The notes beneath the pieces are model-generated. The model had not been told where the DNA came from and searched no databases. It saw only the letters and a list, made by a program, of their open reading frames with translations. The translations under genes were made by a program, and so were the position numbers. Shown piece after piece: positions 26,503-36,736 of a DNA stretch of 64,000 nt (its first letter is position 1; each line of letters begins with the position of its first letter). The DNA is taken from assembly GCA_013151865.1 (NCBI GenBank), contig JAADHN010000077.1, positions 392 to 64,391 of the forward strand, in the 5' to 3' direction. The DNA is from Kiritimatiellota bacterium (GTDB lineage Bacteria; Verrucomicrobiota; Lentisphaeria; Oligosphaerales; JAADHN01).

Positions 26503-28122
26503 TCACGCAAGCGGACGGGGACAGTTTCCCGCTGCTGCCAACGCCGACATCCCAGACTCATAAGACACCCAGTCCCGACGAGCCCGATGCCATCTCCGGA
26601 CCAGGCGGTGCAGCCTGATCAAGCGAGCGGCATTCTCGGGACAGCCCGCCACGTTGAGCGTTTCCAGGGGATCATCCTCGAGGTCGAACAGCTCGGGGGC
26701 GTCGTCCGGTGTGTAAACGTATTTCCACCTTCCGTGAACCACGGCCCGACGAATCACACCCCGTGTGGCGTTGCCCGAGTATTGCAGAAAAACGGGGCGG
26801 GCATGCGGCGGCAAACCTTGCTCCACAGTGGGGCCCAGCGATTCGCCGTCCGAAGGCGCGTCGGGCCGCGAGAGTCCGAGGCAGTCGCACACCGTCGGTA
26901 CAACATCCAGGTGTGAAACGGGCACGGCACTGACGCCGGTCCACGCGCCCGGCAGACGGATGATAAGCGGAACGCGGACCGCCGGCTCATACATCTCCAT
27001 TTTTTGGTACATGGCGTGCTGTCCCAGATGTTCGCCGTGATCGACCGTAAACACGGTGAGCGTGCGGGAAGCCAGGCCCGACGCGTCCAAGGCGCGCAAG
27101 ACAGAGCCGATACCCTGATCGGCCAGGTTCACCAGGCCGAGGTGCGCCGCCCAAACCCGGCGCCAAGCGGCCTCGTCCAAACCCTCGGCAAGCTGGGCGG
27201 GCATACTCGCTCTGCGCCCCGCCGGCTCGTTCAGCGCGGGTCGGCCTACGTTGGCGGGCAAATCGATCCGGTCAGGGGCGAAGATCGAAGCGAACGGTTC
27301 CGGAACGCGCAGCGGGGGATGCGGCGCCCACAAGTAGAGAAACAGGGCGAACGGGCGGGGGTGCGGCCGCCGAAGCCAATCGACCGCACGGCGGCAGTAA
27401 TACGCGTCCAGGAAATGTTCCGCAGCGTACGGCCATACGGCCGTCCTCGTGCTTGAATACCATTGTCGAACGAGCCGCCCGTCCTGCAGCTCGGTCACTT
27501 CCCGCTGGAACATCCGTGATCCGCCTTCAGGCGCAACATCCAGCCCGAGCGCGGCCATGTGCCGTCTATAATCCCCCGAATCAACCCAAAAAGCGAACTC
27601 GACCCGACGGCGGAGGTCCGGCCTGACCCTGATATGGTGCACTCCGATATGCCCCACGTCGTATCCGGCCGCGGCCAACAGCTCGTGCAAGGGAGGAAAA
27701 TTGCCGGCTGAAGCTCCACTCCAGTCGTTGCAAACAACCCCGTTTTGCGTCGGGTACACTCCGGTAGCAAGCGCGGTCCGAGCGGGGACGCACAGGGGAC
27801 AGGTTGTGTACGCCCGTTGGAACCAAACCCCCGCCGAGGCAAGTCGATTCAGGTTCGGAGTCACCTCCACCCCGCTTTGGACAGCACCGATGCTATCGGC
27901 ACGCTGGTGGTCGGTCATGACGAAGAGAAGGTTCAAAGGTTGTTCAGGCATCTTGGCACCCGTCACCCCAGAGGCGAGAGGGACGGCCGCGCCGGCGGCC
28001 TCTCCCCAAAAAGTGCCACCCGACCGCCGCCGAAGCAAGGGCAGGCAGCCCGGCGCCGACTGTTGCACGACGCTTGCACCGGTCTCGATGCAAGTGCTTG
28101 GGGCAGTCCATCCCGGGGACAT
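26503..28122 (-). CDS. sulfatase (Cys-type, formylglycine-dependent)
   Basis: LLFVMTDHQRAD and the C-x-P-x-R motif in TTCPLCVPARTALATG. Two candidate starts exist: ATG 28122, 12 nt after the upstream stop, or ATG 27951 (MPEQPLNLLFVM). Confidence 0.85.
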   Translation of the reverse strand: MSPGWTAPSTCIETGASVVQQSAPGCLPLLRRRSGGTFWGEAAGAAVPLASGVTGAKMPEQPLNLLFVMTDHQRADSIGAVQSGVEVTPNLNRLASAGVWFQRAYTTCPLCVPARTALATGVYPTQNGVVCNDWSGASAGNFPPLHELLAAAGYDVGHIGVHHIRVRPDLRRRVEFAFWVDSGDYRRHMAALGLDVAPEGGSRMFQREVTELQDGRLVRQWYSSTRTAVWPYAAEHFLDAYYCRRAVDWLRRPHPRPFALFLYLWAPHPPLRVPEPFASIFAPDRIDLPANVGRPALNEPAGRRASMPAQLAEGLDEAAWRRVWAAHLGLVNLADQGIGSVLRALDASGLASRTLTVFTVDHGEHLGQHAMYQKMEMYEPAVRVPLIIRLPGAWTGVSAVPVSHLDVVPTVCDCLGLSRPDAPSDGESLGPTVEQGLPPHARPVFLQYSGNATRGVIRRAVVHGRWKYVYTPDDAPELFDLEDDPLETLNVAGCPENAARLIRLHRLVRRWHRARRDWVSYESGMSALAAAGNCPRPLA

Positions 28123-28134
28123 ACCGAAATCAGG

Positions 28135-28869
28135 TTACTTTTTCCAGCGTACACGGTCCCCGTCGAACGTGACGCTTATCGGCTTGATCCCGAGGTCCGT
28201 TTTGCTGCCGCGGCTCTGCCCCAGATCAATCTCCCAAACAGCACGCCGACCCGAGAAACTGTCCGCACTGGACGCAACAATCGCACCGGGCACGATGATT
28301 TCGAGACGAAGTTGAACGCCCCGACAAAGTTCTCGAACCACGTCCGCGTTTTCATTGACGGCAGCCGCATCCTTGTCGGTCAGCGGCAGAACGTCTCCAG
28401 CGGCTTCGAGTATCCAGTTCCCCGCTTGGGTCGGGCGCAGGGAGAAGTCCCCCAACACACCGCTCCGAAATGCCCGGCGGGCATCTGACGCCCGGCAAAC
28501 GATTCGCACGTGACGTCGGTTTTTCAGGACTTCATCCCGGTAAGAGACCAATTGCACATCCGCTTCTTTCAAGTATTTTCTCACCAATGGCTTATTGAAC
28601 ACCCAGGCCAACGTATTCGGCCGCACCCCCTCGGCGGAAGAACGCCCTTCCTGCCACTGCTGCAGGATTTCACGGAAACGCGCCAGGACCGGCAATGCGC
28701 TCCGGTCCACCGTGTAATCGAACACGACCTCGACCGCGCCGTCCTCGGTCAACGTCATTCGTTGCTCGAAATCCAGACATCCGGTACAGAACAAGACGAC
28801 CGTCAGTGCCATGCCGCCCACCAACCGGCTGAGCAGTCGCGACAGGACGGTCCCCCGCGAAAAACGCAA
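28135..28869 (-). CDS. putative lipoprotein, unknown function
   Basis: The signal-like segment RFSRGTVLSRLLSRLVGGMALTVVLFCTGC has a lipobox-like TGC. The start is uncertain (TTG 28869, ATG 28812, or ATG 29016). Confidence 0.5.
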   Translation of the reverse strand: MRFSRGTVLSRLLSRLVGGMALTVVLFCTGCLDFEQRMTLTEDGAVEVVFDYTVDRSALPVLARFREILQQWQEGRSSAEGVRPNTLAWVFNKPLVRKYLKEADVQLVSYRDEVLKNRRHVRIVCRASDARRAFRSGVLGDFSLRPTQAGNWILEAAGDVLPLTDKDAAAVNENADVVRELCRGVQLRLEIIVPGAIVASSADSFSGRRAVWEIDLGQSRGSKTDLGIKPISVTFDGDRVRWKK

Positions 28870-29216
28870 CGAGTCGCCCAAAAAGCAGAAAAACACGTCC
28901 AAGATGTCTGATTCTCCCAAGCCGCGGGGGATTCGTCGAACCGAAATACTCCAAAGCACGAGCGAACTCGCCGACTCTGCAATGTCATCCGGACAGCTTC
29001 GGCACGGGCGGCACATCGGAACGAATCACTGCTTTCGCGCCCGGGACGCCGCACTCGGAACGCCCGCAATATACGCTCGGTGCAAAAAAACTTCACCTTC
29101 GAGCCGCGGCGGCCACACCTGATCTCCCAAAAAGCGCCCCGGTTCCTGCGGCAACGAGACCAAGAAGCCGGCGGGCTGGGTAGTTTCGATTTCGCGCCCC
29201 CCCGACCTTCCACCGA

Positions 29217-32200
29217 CTACCCTCCGCCTTTTCCCCCCACGCCGGCCTCGACGCCTCGCCGCACGGGCCGAAACACAAACAGATCTATGTTTTGGGACCC
29301 GCGCACGAACTCCCAGCGGAGCGTGTGCTCTCCGGGCGCCAAACGAATCGCAGCAGGACGTCCCCGGTCGTCCATGACACGGTCCCAGGTCCAATCGTCG
29401 CGCGTGCGACACCAGCCCCCACTCCCGCCCAGACGAACGGCAGAACTCTCGCCGGGAAACGGTGTTCCGTCGATCCGAATTTCCCGGTCGATTTCGGAGT
29501 GGGCGCTTGCCGTCCGCACCAAGAGGTTGTAGTCGGCCTTTTTCGGAACGTGGAAACGCCACTCAGCCCACTGGACCGGACCGTCGATGTAGCAGAAGGC
29601 CGTGCCGCCGGTGGCCGCAACTTTCTCCACACTGCGTCCCCGCCTCTCCTCGGACTCGACCGCGGGCCCAGGCGCATCCGGATCGATGACGATGTCGCCC
29701 GGCGCCGGGGCCGTATCTCTCGGGAGGCGTTGCGCTTGGACGAAACGGTACCGAATCCGCGACAGCACGATGCGGTCGAACCGCCCGGGACCGCTGACAG
29801 TCAAACAATGCGAACCGGAGAGGATCGGGACGACCCGCCGGAGCCCCCGCTCGGTGCGACCGTTTATGCGGACGCATGGCGGTCGCGCCCCGGTCCAGCC
29901 CTGGATATCGAGGCGCGCACGGTAGAGCCTGTCCGCCATAATGTTCGTCCACCAAACTCCCACGTCCCCGGAGGCACGACGAAACACACACCCATTCATG
30001 ACTCGGACACGCCCATTCTCAATCAGGGGCGCCGTGACGGCAACGGCGCCATATTGTCCGCCATCCCTTGTGATCCGGCGGACACCGTCCGGTGAAGCGG
30101 GCACTTGCGTGCTGTGCGGTGGTGCAGACGGCCCGGCGAACGCAACGGCTTTCCCGCGGTAAGTCAGATGCGACGCCCGTACCGCCATGCCGTCGACGAC
30201 GCGCCCGGACGGTCCCAACAGCACCACCGCCAAGTCGCCGTCGGTGCGAAGTCCCAATCCCTGCAAAGGGGTACGGTCGGCCTGGACCCGCCGCGAAAGA
30301 AGGAGATACGTCCCCCAGGGGACACGGAGTTCGCAGCCGATGACGCGCCGGGTCAGAATCTTACGGGCGATGGGGATGGGACCTTTTTCGCCGTCGGCCC
30401 GACGAATGTCCATCACGATGAAGAAATCCGTGGCCGCCGTCTTGCGTGGCAGCCCGGCGGCAAGCGTCCATTCCGGCTGCACCTCGGACCACGGCAGAAA
30501 CACGCTCTCGCGCGGCTTTTGGGGGGGGACGTCGAAGCTCTTTCGGACGTCCATATCCAGTTCCGCCGGCGCGAGAAAACGCCCGGCCAACGTCGCACGC
30601 GGGCGGCGAACCCGGAATTCAGCCCGCGCGGAGTCCACGGGAAACGGTGTCGAGGTGTGGGCGTGCAAGAGCCATTCGAGGCGACGCGGTTTCCCAGCCG
30701 TTTCCACGAGATCGTGCGCGATGACGAACCGAGGCTTGAGAAACACCAGGCGGCGCTCGAATCGCTTCAAACGACCTTCGTAGATCTCCGGGTTCGACGC
30801 ATCCCCGACCACATAGCCGAAGTTCGGGGCGTCGAACCAGTCGCGCAATGCACCGCCGGTCCGGCGTTTCTGCCCCTTCCCGTCGACCAGCAGCGTGTTG
30901 TGCGCCACGGTACGAGTGGAGTAGGCTTTGAAGTGCGGACTGCCGTACCAGTCGTAGTACCCACCGTCCACGGCGAGTTTATCCCCGTAGGCGTAGATGA
31001 CGAAGCCATTGTTGTCTTCGTGCTGATGTCCTGCATAATAGGGTCCGGAACGCATGGCGACTGTGACGTCTTCAAACCCCTCGCTCAGACACGTGTGGAA
31101 GACCGCGTAACCGATATACGGCCAGCAGACAGACTGCGGCAGGTCGGCGGGAGGGCGTGGGGGAATGACGGGGTCGGAGACGTCGGCATACCAGAGCGCG
31201 TATGGATCGCGCACCCGGGTGCCGAGCAGCGCGGTCAATTTCGCCCCGTAAGGGCCAGTGAGGCCCGCATTGCCCCGAGACGATGTATCGGCAAAGCTGA
31301 CGGCATAACCGTCCGGGGGAGCACAATAGACAGGGAAGCGGCACGTATGTTTGAGCCACGGGTGGTCGTAAACGTCGACCTTCGCAACGAACAGGAGCAA
31401 GTCGGCGAAGTTGGCGAGCATGTTGACGCCGTACGCCCAGTAGCTGAGCCCCTCGGCGTCTTCCCCGTCAGCCCCCATGCTGGGCAGAATACGATAGGCA
31501 AAGACGTGTGCGGCGGTCGCCAACCACTCGCGGGCCTCGGGAACGTCGCCCATGAGCACAAGTGCGGATTCCGCCGTGACGGTCGTACGCTTCCACGGAT
31601 GGTTTTGTGCGGGGTTCATACGGAACGGACTTACAAAGCTGTAGAACTGCAGCACGCGCTCCCGCAAAACCCGGAGCACTGTGCCGCGTTCATGCACAGT
31701 GAGACGGTCGCGACAAACGTCGTAGCACCAAACCATGCCTTGGAGCAAGGCTGCGGCTTGCAGGTCCCCGTACCGCATGGCGCTGCCGCCTTCGGGGTCC
31801 CACTTGCACGCTTCGAGCAAGAGTTCTCTTGCGGCGTTCACGGCTTCCGGCGCCCGGGTCAACATGGCGGCCTCGGCAGTGCGTCGGAGCCGACTGCCCG
31901 TGCGTGCCGTGACGCGACCGGCGACTTTACCGTACCAGTCGATCCACTGGGGCCAGCGTGAATCTCCCTTTCGATACGGACCGGGGTGCGGAGGGACGCC
32001 TTCCTTGGCCGCTGCCAAGGCACGACGGATGAGGCGGGTCCGCTCCTGGTCTGAAATGGGGTTTGCGTCGGGTCTGACACGAGGGAGCAAGCGCGGATGC
32101 GACTGTGCCGCAATGCTCCTCAAATCCAGGGGGGGAAGCCGGTAACGGTGGGCCGTTCGAGGAATATCGACCTGTTGCGCGGCGCTCCACCCGGCCAGAA

Positions 32201-33020
32201 GGTCGGTGCGGAGTTCGCGGCGGAAAAACCATGTGCCGGGACCGATTTTATTGTCAGGAACATAAAACGGCAACGCGGATGCCAGTGTAACCGTAACAGA
32301 CTGTTCCGGGGCGAAAGACGGGGTCCGACCGTACTGCAGTTTCGAACCGCGGCTCGTGGGGCCGCGCCAATCGAACAGCGGCGGATCGTTGTGACAGGTG
32401 TAGGGGGCTGAAGAGCCCCTCCCGATCGTCACCACGGATTTGATGGAAAGACGCAGGTTGTCGAGGTACAGCTTCAGCTTGGCCGGGGAATCGGCACGGC
32501 TCCGCCGGTCTTTGCTCCGGGCGTAGATCTGCACTTTGTCGAACGCCAAACCGCGCTTCATCGCGTCCGCGAAAGGCGGGCGCAGTTTCAGGGCTGGAAT
32601 GACGATTTCGACATGCCGCCAACTTTTGGAGAATGCGTCTGAGATCCATGCAGCCTGTTTGCCGGCCACGTAGAATGCGATGCCGAGATACGCCCCCTCA
32701 ACCCCCGGCTGGATCGTTTCCCGGTGATCGAATTCGAGGACCAGGTTCTTTTCCACTCGAATGGGGCCGCGGACGTACAGAGGACAAAAAACGACCGGGG
32801 TCGGAGACGTAATCCGCAGGCATCGCCCCTGGCCGTCGGCCCGCCGAACCACGGCGGCTGACATCTTCCGGGGGTCCAATTCGCGAGGCAGGATACCGCT
32901 GCCGTCGCGCTCGAAGTCGAACCGCCACAGTGGGGCCTGCTCTCCGTCCTGTTTCGCCCCAAGCGCCGAGGCGGCCCCTGCCAGCAAAAAAACGCCGATG
33001 GACCGTGCGATGATCGTCAT
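29217..33020 (-). CDS. 1267-aa secreted heparinase II/III-like (DUF4962-type) lyase with C-terminal CBM6/35-like module
   Basis: The signal peptide is MTIIARSIGVFLLAGAASALGA. GHQHEDNNGFVIYAYGDKLAVDGGYYDWYG..AHNTLLVDG is heparinase II/III-like. The C-terminal segment WAEWRFHVPKKADYNLLVR..LAPGEHTLRWEF is CBM6-like. Confidence 0.7.
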   Translation of the reverse strand: MTIIARSIGVFLLAGAASALGAKQDGEQAPLWRFDFERDGSGILPRELDPRKMSAAVVRRADGQGRCLRITSPTPVVFCPLYVRGPIRVEKNLVLEFDHRETIQPGVEGAYLGIAFYVAGKQAAWISDAFSKSWRHVEIVIPALKLRPPFADAMKRGLAFDKVQIYARSKDRRSRADSPAKLKLYLDNLRLSIKSVVTIGRGSSAPYTCHNDPPLFDWRGPTSRGSKLQYGRTPSFAPEQSVTVTLASALPFYVPDNKIGPGTWFFRRELRTDLLAGWSAAQQVDIPRTAHRYRLPPLDLRSIAAQSHPRLLPRVRPDANPISDQERTRLIRRALAAAKEGVPPHPGPYRKGDSRWPQWIDWYGKVAGRVTARTGSRLRRTAEAAMLTRAPEAVNAARELLLEACKWDPEGGSAMRYGDLQAAALLQGMVWCYDVCRDRLTVHERGTVLRVLRERVLQFYSFVSPFRMNPAQNHPWKRTTVTAESALVLMGDVPEAREWLATAAHVFAYRILPSMGADGEDAEGLSYWAYGVNMLANFADLLLFVAKVDVYDHPWLKHTCRFPVYCAPPDGYAVSFADTSSRGNAGLTGPYGAKLTALLGTRVRDPYALWYADVSDPVIPPRPPADLPQSVCWPYIGYAVFHTCLSEGFEDVTVAMRSGPYYAGHQHEDNNGFVIYAYGDKLAVDGGYYDWYGSPHFKAYSTRTVAHNTLLVDGKGQKRRTGGALRDWFDAPNFGYVVGDASNPEIYEGRLKRFERRLVFLKPRFVIAHDLVETAGKPRRLEWLLHAHTSTPFPVDSARAEFRVRRPRATLAGRFLAPAELDMDVRKSFDVPPQKPRESVFLPWSEVQPEWTLAAGLPRKTAATDFFIVMDIRRADGEKGPIPIARKILTRRVIGCELRVPWGTYLLLSRRVQADRTPLQGLGLRTDGDLAVVLLGPSGRVVDGMAVRASHLTYRGKAVAFAGPSAPPHSTQVPASPDGVRRITRDGGQYGAVAVTAPLIENGRVRVMNGCVFRRASGDVGVWWTNIMADRLYRARLDIQGWTGARPPCVRINGRTERGLRRVVPILSGSHCLTVSGPGRFDRIVLSRIRYRFVQAQRLPRDTAPAPGDIVIDPDAPGPAVESEERRGRSVEKVAATGGTAFCYIDGPVQWAEWRFHVPKKADYNLLVRTASAHSEIDREIRIDGTPFPGESSAVRLGGSGGWCRTRDDWTWDRVMDDRGRPAAIRLAPGEHTLRWEFVRGSQNIDLFVFRPVRRGVEAGVGGKGGG

Positions 33021-33089
33021 TGCCGCTGCATAACCTTCCTCATGGAGACGGGTACCGCAAGGGAATCGCGGACCACCCCACCAGCCTTG

Positions 33090-36062
33090 TTAAGGAGTCC
33101 GCCGAATTGTCAGGTTGTCCCACCAGCAGACATCGCCGTGACCGCGGTGTCCGGAATACACTCCGAGGGTGATGTTGGCCCAGCCGAACTCACATTCGTG
33201 CGGGCCTTCGCCCACAAGCGCACCGTCCAACTCCAACCGGAACGTATCCCTGTCGAGACGAAGACGGAGATGGTGCGGACGAGTCGGATCGAACTCTTTC
33301 CGTTCGGTAAGCGTGTGCTGCCAATTCGTGGCCGGTGCGTTGTGGTTTTCCGCCCAGATCGTTGCGGAGCCCGCACTCGAACTCTCGATGCGGATCAGGA
33401 TGTACTCCCCGCTGCCGGCCGTGGTTCCGGACACCTTCATGGACAGCCGGAGATAGCGGTCGTGATCGCCGTGGGAGAACTTGAAATCCGTCTCAATCAC
33501 CAGCGGCCGAGGCACGAACGGCCAAGACTCGACCGTGTGAATCTCCGCGCTGGTCGCATCTCGAGGCAATTCCATCTCCAGCCGGCCGTTGGCGACCCGG
33601 ACTCCTTCGCTGCGTTTCCGCCCGCTGAAAGCCCAGCGCCCAGGGGAGAGGACGGTGAACGTCTCGGACCAGGGAAGCACCGCGCGGGAATCCCGGGGAG
33701 GCGCCTGGACCGGCCGTGACGGAACAACCCGGGGGGCACGCGCTTCTCGAATCAACGCGGCGGCGAGGGCGAGGAGTTCCCGGGCACGCACTTCCGTGGG
33801 GGCGTCTCCGGCGATGGCTTTCGAGGCGGCCGCAAACGCTGCCGGGGCCGTCCCGTGGTCCAGGTCCGCGACCGACGGCCAGGCCGGGTGAACGCCCCCG
33901 TGGCGCAACGCATACTCCTTCAAGCACAAACGCACATCACCGAGGCGGTCGTCGGCCAGCATTCGCTTCCATTGCGCGTGAGCGTCCCGGTTGCCTGCCA
34001 CCAAGACCGTGGTGCTGTTTCCCGCGAGGCCGGCGGAAACGTCCAGGTTCCCCTCACGGCGCACGTATTCCACCGACGCGCTGTCGAGGATATCGACGAC
34101 AAAAGCGTCCCGCGGCAGCGCGAGTGCTTCGGCGTCCACTTCGAGGCGCACGACGTCGGCCTCGTAGGGGTTTTGTACGGCAAAGGCGACCGGTCCCGGC
34201 GCTTGTCCATAGCGCTCGATCCGGATGCCGGAGGCGGTTGGGAGAGCCCGCGTGACCGGCTCCCACCCGAGGCGATGCAACTGCCGCAATACGGGAATGA
34301 TTCGACGATACGCTGCGCGCATACCCAGCGGGGGATCGGTTGATCGACGTGCGTAGCCGCCGGGAAACACATCCAGAAGAAGGAGGTTGCGCAAGAACCG
34401 CTCGTCCTTGTCTTCGTAGGCCGGGAGTTGAGTCACGACTTTGCGGTATGCCATGGCACGAAACTGCTGCATGAGCGGTCCGCTGGCGCCGATCCAGTGC
34501 TCCTTGCCCATGACCGTGAAGCGATGCCAGGGAAAGGGGACCGGTTGGTTGTACAGGTTCGGCAGCAATTCTTTCTTGTCGGCCGGCAACATCTCCCACA
34601 GTGCCTCGGTCCATGCGAAGATCGCAAATCCATTGACCGTGCACGGCTGAAAGGTGCGCCCGTCGAACTGAGGCGCGTAGCCGAGATACTTGAGCTGATC
34701 CGTCGCGTAGTTCACTCTCGAAGCATGGGCAGAGAACGAATCCAGGTAAATGCCGGTGAGGTAGGGACGGTCCAGGAGGTTTGCCCGCACATAGTCCAAC
34801 CGATCCTGTCCGGCCCCCTGCGGAATCCCCGGGTTGAGATTGAGAGGGAACTGGGCGGCCCATTTTGTGCCGCTGATCCAATTGTACTGCCCGACCCGAC
34901 CAATGACCAGGTCACCGTCGGGCCCGCGAACGCCGGACTGAATGATGGCTTGGCAAATCTTCTGAAGCGCCTCCTGCGTACGCCATCCCCCGCTCGGCAG
35001 ACGCCCCGTCGTTTCGGGTTTCGCCCATTCGTGCAGTCGAGCAAGGATGAACTCGCGGTCCGGTCTTTTGTTCTTGGGCTGGTCGCCCAGGCACATTTGG
35101 TACATGATCGGCTCGATGTAGGGGTAGGTGCGAATCCCGAGCGCTTTGTCGTGGGCGTATCCCGCCGCGGACTCAGGTTGTTCGTGGTACATCAGCCCGT
35201 AATCGGAGACGGGCGGCGGCTGGCGCAGGATATCCCCCCAGGCAAACCACCCTCCGGCTTCGGGCGTGTGACGTGCGAAGAACTCCGGGCGGTTCGCGTA
35301 GTAACGGGCCAGCACCGAACGCAGACCCCAGCCGTCGGCTTCACCGTCGATGTAAAACTCGAACGCCACCTTCTTGAAGAAACGCGGGCAATGCTTCGTC
35401 ATGGCGAAGTCGATGACCAGCGAAAAGAGTCCCCCGTCCACGTCCGCAACAAAGTCGTACAACCCGATGAAGTCCATAGGCATGACAAGGCCGAGGGTAT
35501 GGGTCTTGTCGGAGACCGCCGCTACGGGCCGCAACGCCATGTGGCCCGAGCCCAAAGGCGTGCTCTTGCCGAGATGGATGCGTCGGCCCGGCAGCAGGGG
35601 CTCGCTCTTGTGCAAACGCGTTCCCCAACGCCAGCCGTTAAAGGCCACCGGCAGCGCGAACCGCAGGCTGACGGCATGATCGGTGTCGGTCAAGTTTCGA
35701 ACCTCGCCGCGAATGATCAGCCAGTTCTGTCCCGGTGTGAAGTCCGCCGCGACGGCCAGTGTGCCGGCGGTGTTACGGCCGTGGAACCGCAGGCCGCCGT
35801 TCGCGGCCCGCACGACGCCGGAGACAGGTTCATACGCCTTCTGCACCGCACAGTCCCGGAGCGCCACGCCGCTGGCGGAAACCCCCGGGCCGGTGAAGTC
35901 GGTTGCGCCGCATTGAACGCGCACAATGCGCCCGCTCTTGCTCAATGTCAGTCCCAACGCGCCTGCTTCAACCGTTGCCGCGCCAGCCGTGATCGGCCGC
36001 ACACCAACCGCGACAATCCATGCCGCCAACGCCAACAGTCCCTTGATTGTTCTCATCGTCAT
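33090..36062 (-). CDS. 990-aa secreted protein of unknown family with C-terminal concanavalin/LamG (DUF1080-like) domain
   Basis: ATG at 36062 gives MTMRTIKGLLALAAWIVAVGVRPITAGA. I recognise no catalytic family. The last ~190 aa (..ITLGVYSGHRGHGDVCWWDNLTIRR) look like a DUF1080/LamG jelly roll. Confidence 0.6.
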   Translation of the reverse strand: MTMRTIKGLLALAAWIVAVGVRPITAGAATVEAGALGLTLSKSGRIVRVQCGATDFTGPGVSASGVALRDCAVQKAYEPVSGVVRAANGGLRFHGRNTAGTLAVAADFTPGQNWLIIRGEVRNLTDTDHAVSLRFALPVAFNGWRWGTRLHKSEPLLPGRRIHLGKSTPLGSGHMALRPVAAVSDKTHTLGLVMPMDFIGLYDFVADVDGGLFSLVIDFAMTKHCPRFFKKVAFEFYIDGEADGWGLRSVLARYYANRPEFFARHTPEAGGWFAWGDILRQPPPVSDYGLMYHEQPESAAGYAHDKALGIRTYPYIEPIMYQMCLGDQPKNKRPDREFILARLHEWAKPETTGRLPSGGWRTQEALQKICQAIIQSGVRGPDGDLVIGRVGQYNWISGTKWAAQFPLNLNPGIPQGAGQDRLDYVRANLLDRPYLTGIYLDSFSAHASRVNYATDQLKYLGYAPQFDGRTFQPCTVNGFAIFAWTEALWEMLPADKKELLPNLYNQPVPFPWHRFTVMGKEHWIGASGPLMQQFRAMAYRKVVTQLPAYEDKDERFLRNLLLLDVFPGGYARRSTDPPLGMRAAYRRIIPVLRQLHRLGWEPVTRALPTASGIRIERYGQAPGPVAFAVQNPYEADVVRLEVDAEALALPRDAFVVDILDSASVEYVRREGNLDVSAGLAGNSTTVLVAGNRDAHAQWKRMLADDRLGDVRLCLKEYALRHGGVHPAWPSVADLDHGTAPAAFAAASKAIAGDAPTEVRARELLALAAALIREARAPRVVPSRPVQAPPRDSRAVLPWSETFTVLSPGRWAFSGRKRSEGVRVANGRLEMELPRDATSAEIHTVESWPFVPRPLVIETDFKFSHGDHDRYLRLSMKVSGTTAGSGEYILIRIESSSAGSATIWAENHNAPATNWQHTLTERKEFDPTRPHHLRLRLDRDTFRLELDGALVGEGPHECEFGWANITLGVYSGHRGHGDVCWWDNLTIRRTP

Positions 36063-36565
36063 GACCTCGTGCCGATGTGGTGAAAAAAACGCACTGCAAG
36101 CCCCCAAAAGAAGCAGAACCCCTCGGTAGCAAGCCGTCCGCACGAGCAACTGCGGCGGAAAACCACGAGAATCGCCGTCCGCTTTCATTCGGCATTCAGC
36201 AACGACGCATCAAACTCGGCGTGCTGCGATCGACGCCGATTCCGGAAGGTCTCAACTGACGTTCTCCGCAGCGCCGGCATCACCGCGACCCGGGACACGC
36301 CTCGCACCCTGATCGGCCCATCTTCACTGCAGTTATCGCGCAGGCCGGACAAGCTCGTCGTCGCAAAACCGAGATGGTTTACTGTCATCGGGTGTGTCTC
36401 TGCCGAGGGCGAATTCGCTCGGCGCCTTCCATGCCCCGGACAATACACCGTTTTCGATCGTCTCGAAACAAACTGGAGAACAGGAAGGGAAACAAATAGC
36501 TTTTGCAGGATGGCCGGTACCTTTTCGGACGTCGTTTTGCCGACCAATAAAGCCACCGCAGCCAG

Positions 36566-36582
36566 AAAAAAAAACGGGGGGG
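36566..36582. repeat. adjacent homopolymer tracts A9-C-G7
   Basis: aaaaaaaaacggggggg lies in the long divergent intergenic region, ~155 nt upstream of the ATG at 36737. Confidence 0.9.
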
Positions 36583-36736
36583 ATGCACCGATGCGCACCA
36601 TTTTTGCCGTGGGCGGCTGGGTGAAGGTTTCGACACGAGATTGAGATTCCGGAAAGATTAGGTATGATCGATGGGGGTCTGGAGATCCCGAACCGCCTCC
36701 AACACAGTGACCGACCGGATAAGGTGCACCGTCTTG

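Noticed and set aside
27952-28122. A Tat-type signal peptide on the sulfatase (..LLRRRSGGTFWGEAAGAAVPLASGVTGA..) if translation starts at ATG 28122
   Set aside because: The n-region would be ~30 aa long. The hydrophobic region contains Glu and is Gly/Ala-rich rather than clearly hydrophobic. I cannot decide between the two starts by eye, so no export claim is made.
28870-29016. A Cys-rich N-terminal extension (MCRPCRSCPDD..) of the lipoprotein ORF as a metal-binding or zinc-ribbon motif
   Set aside because: It precedes a good internal signal peptide and lipobox, which would be meaningless after a cytoplasmic domain. It is more likely untranslated leader.
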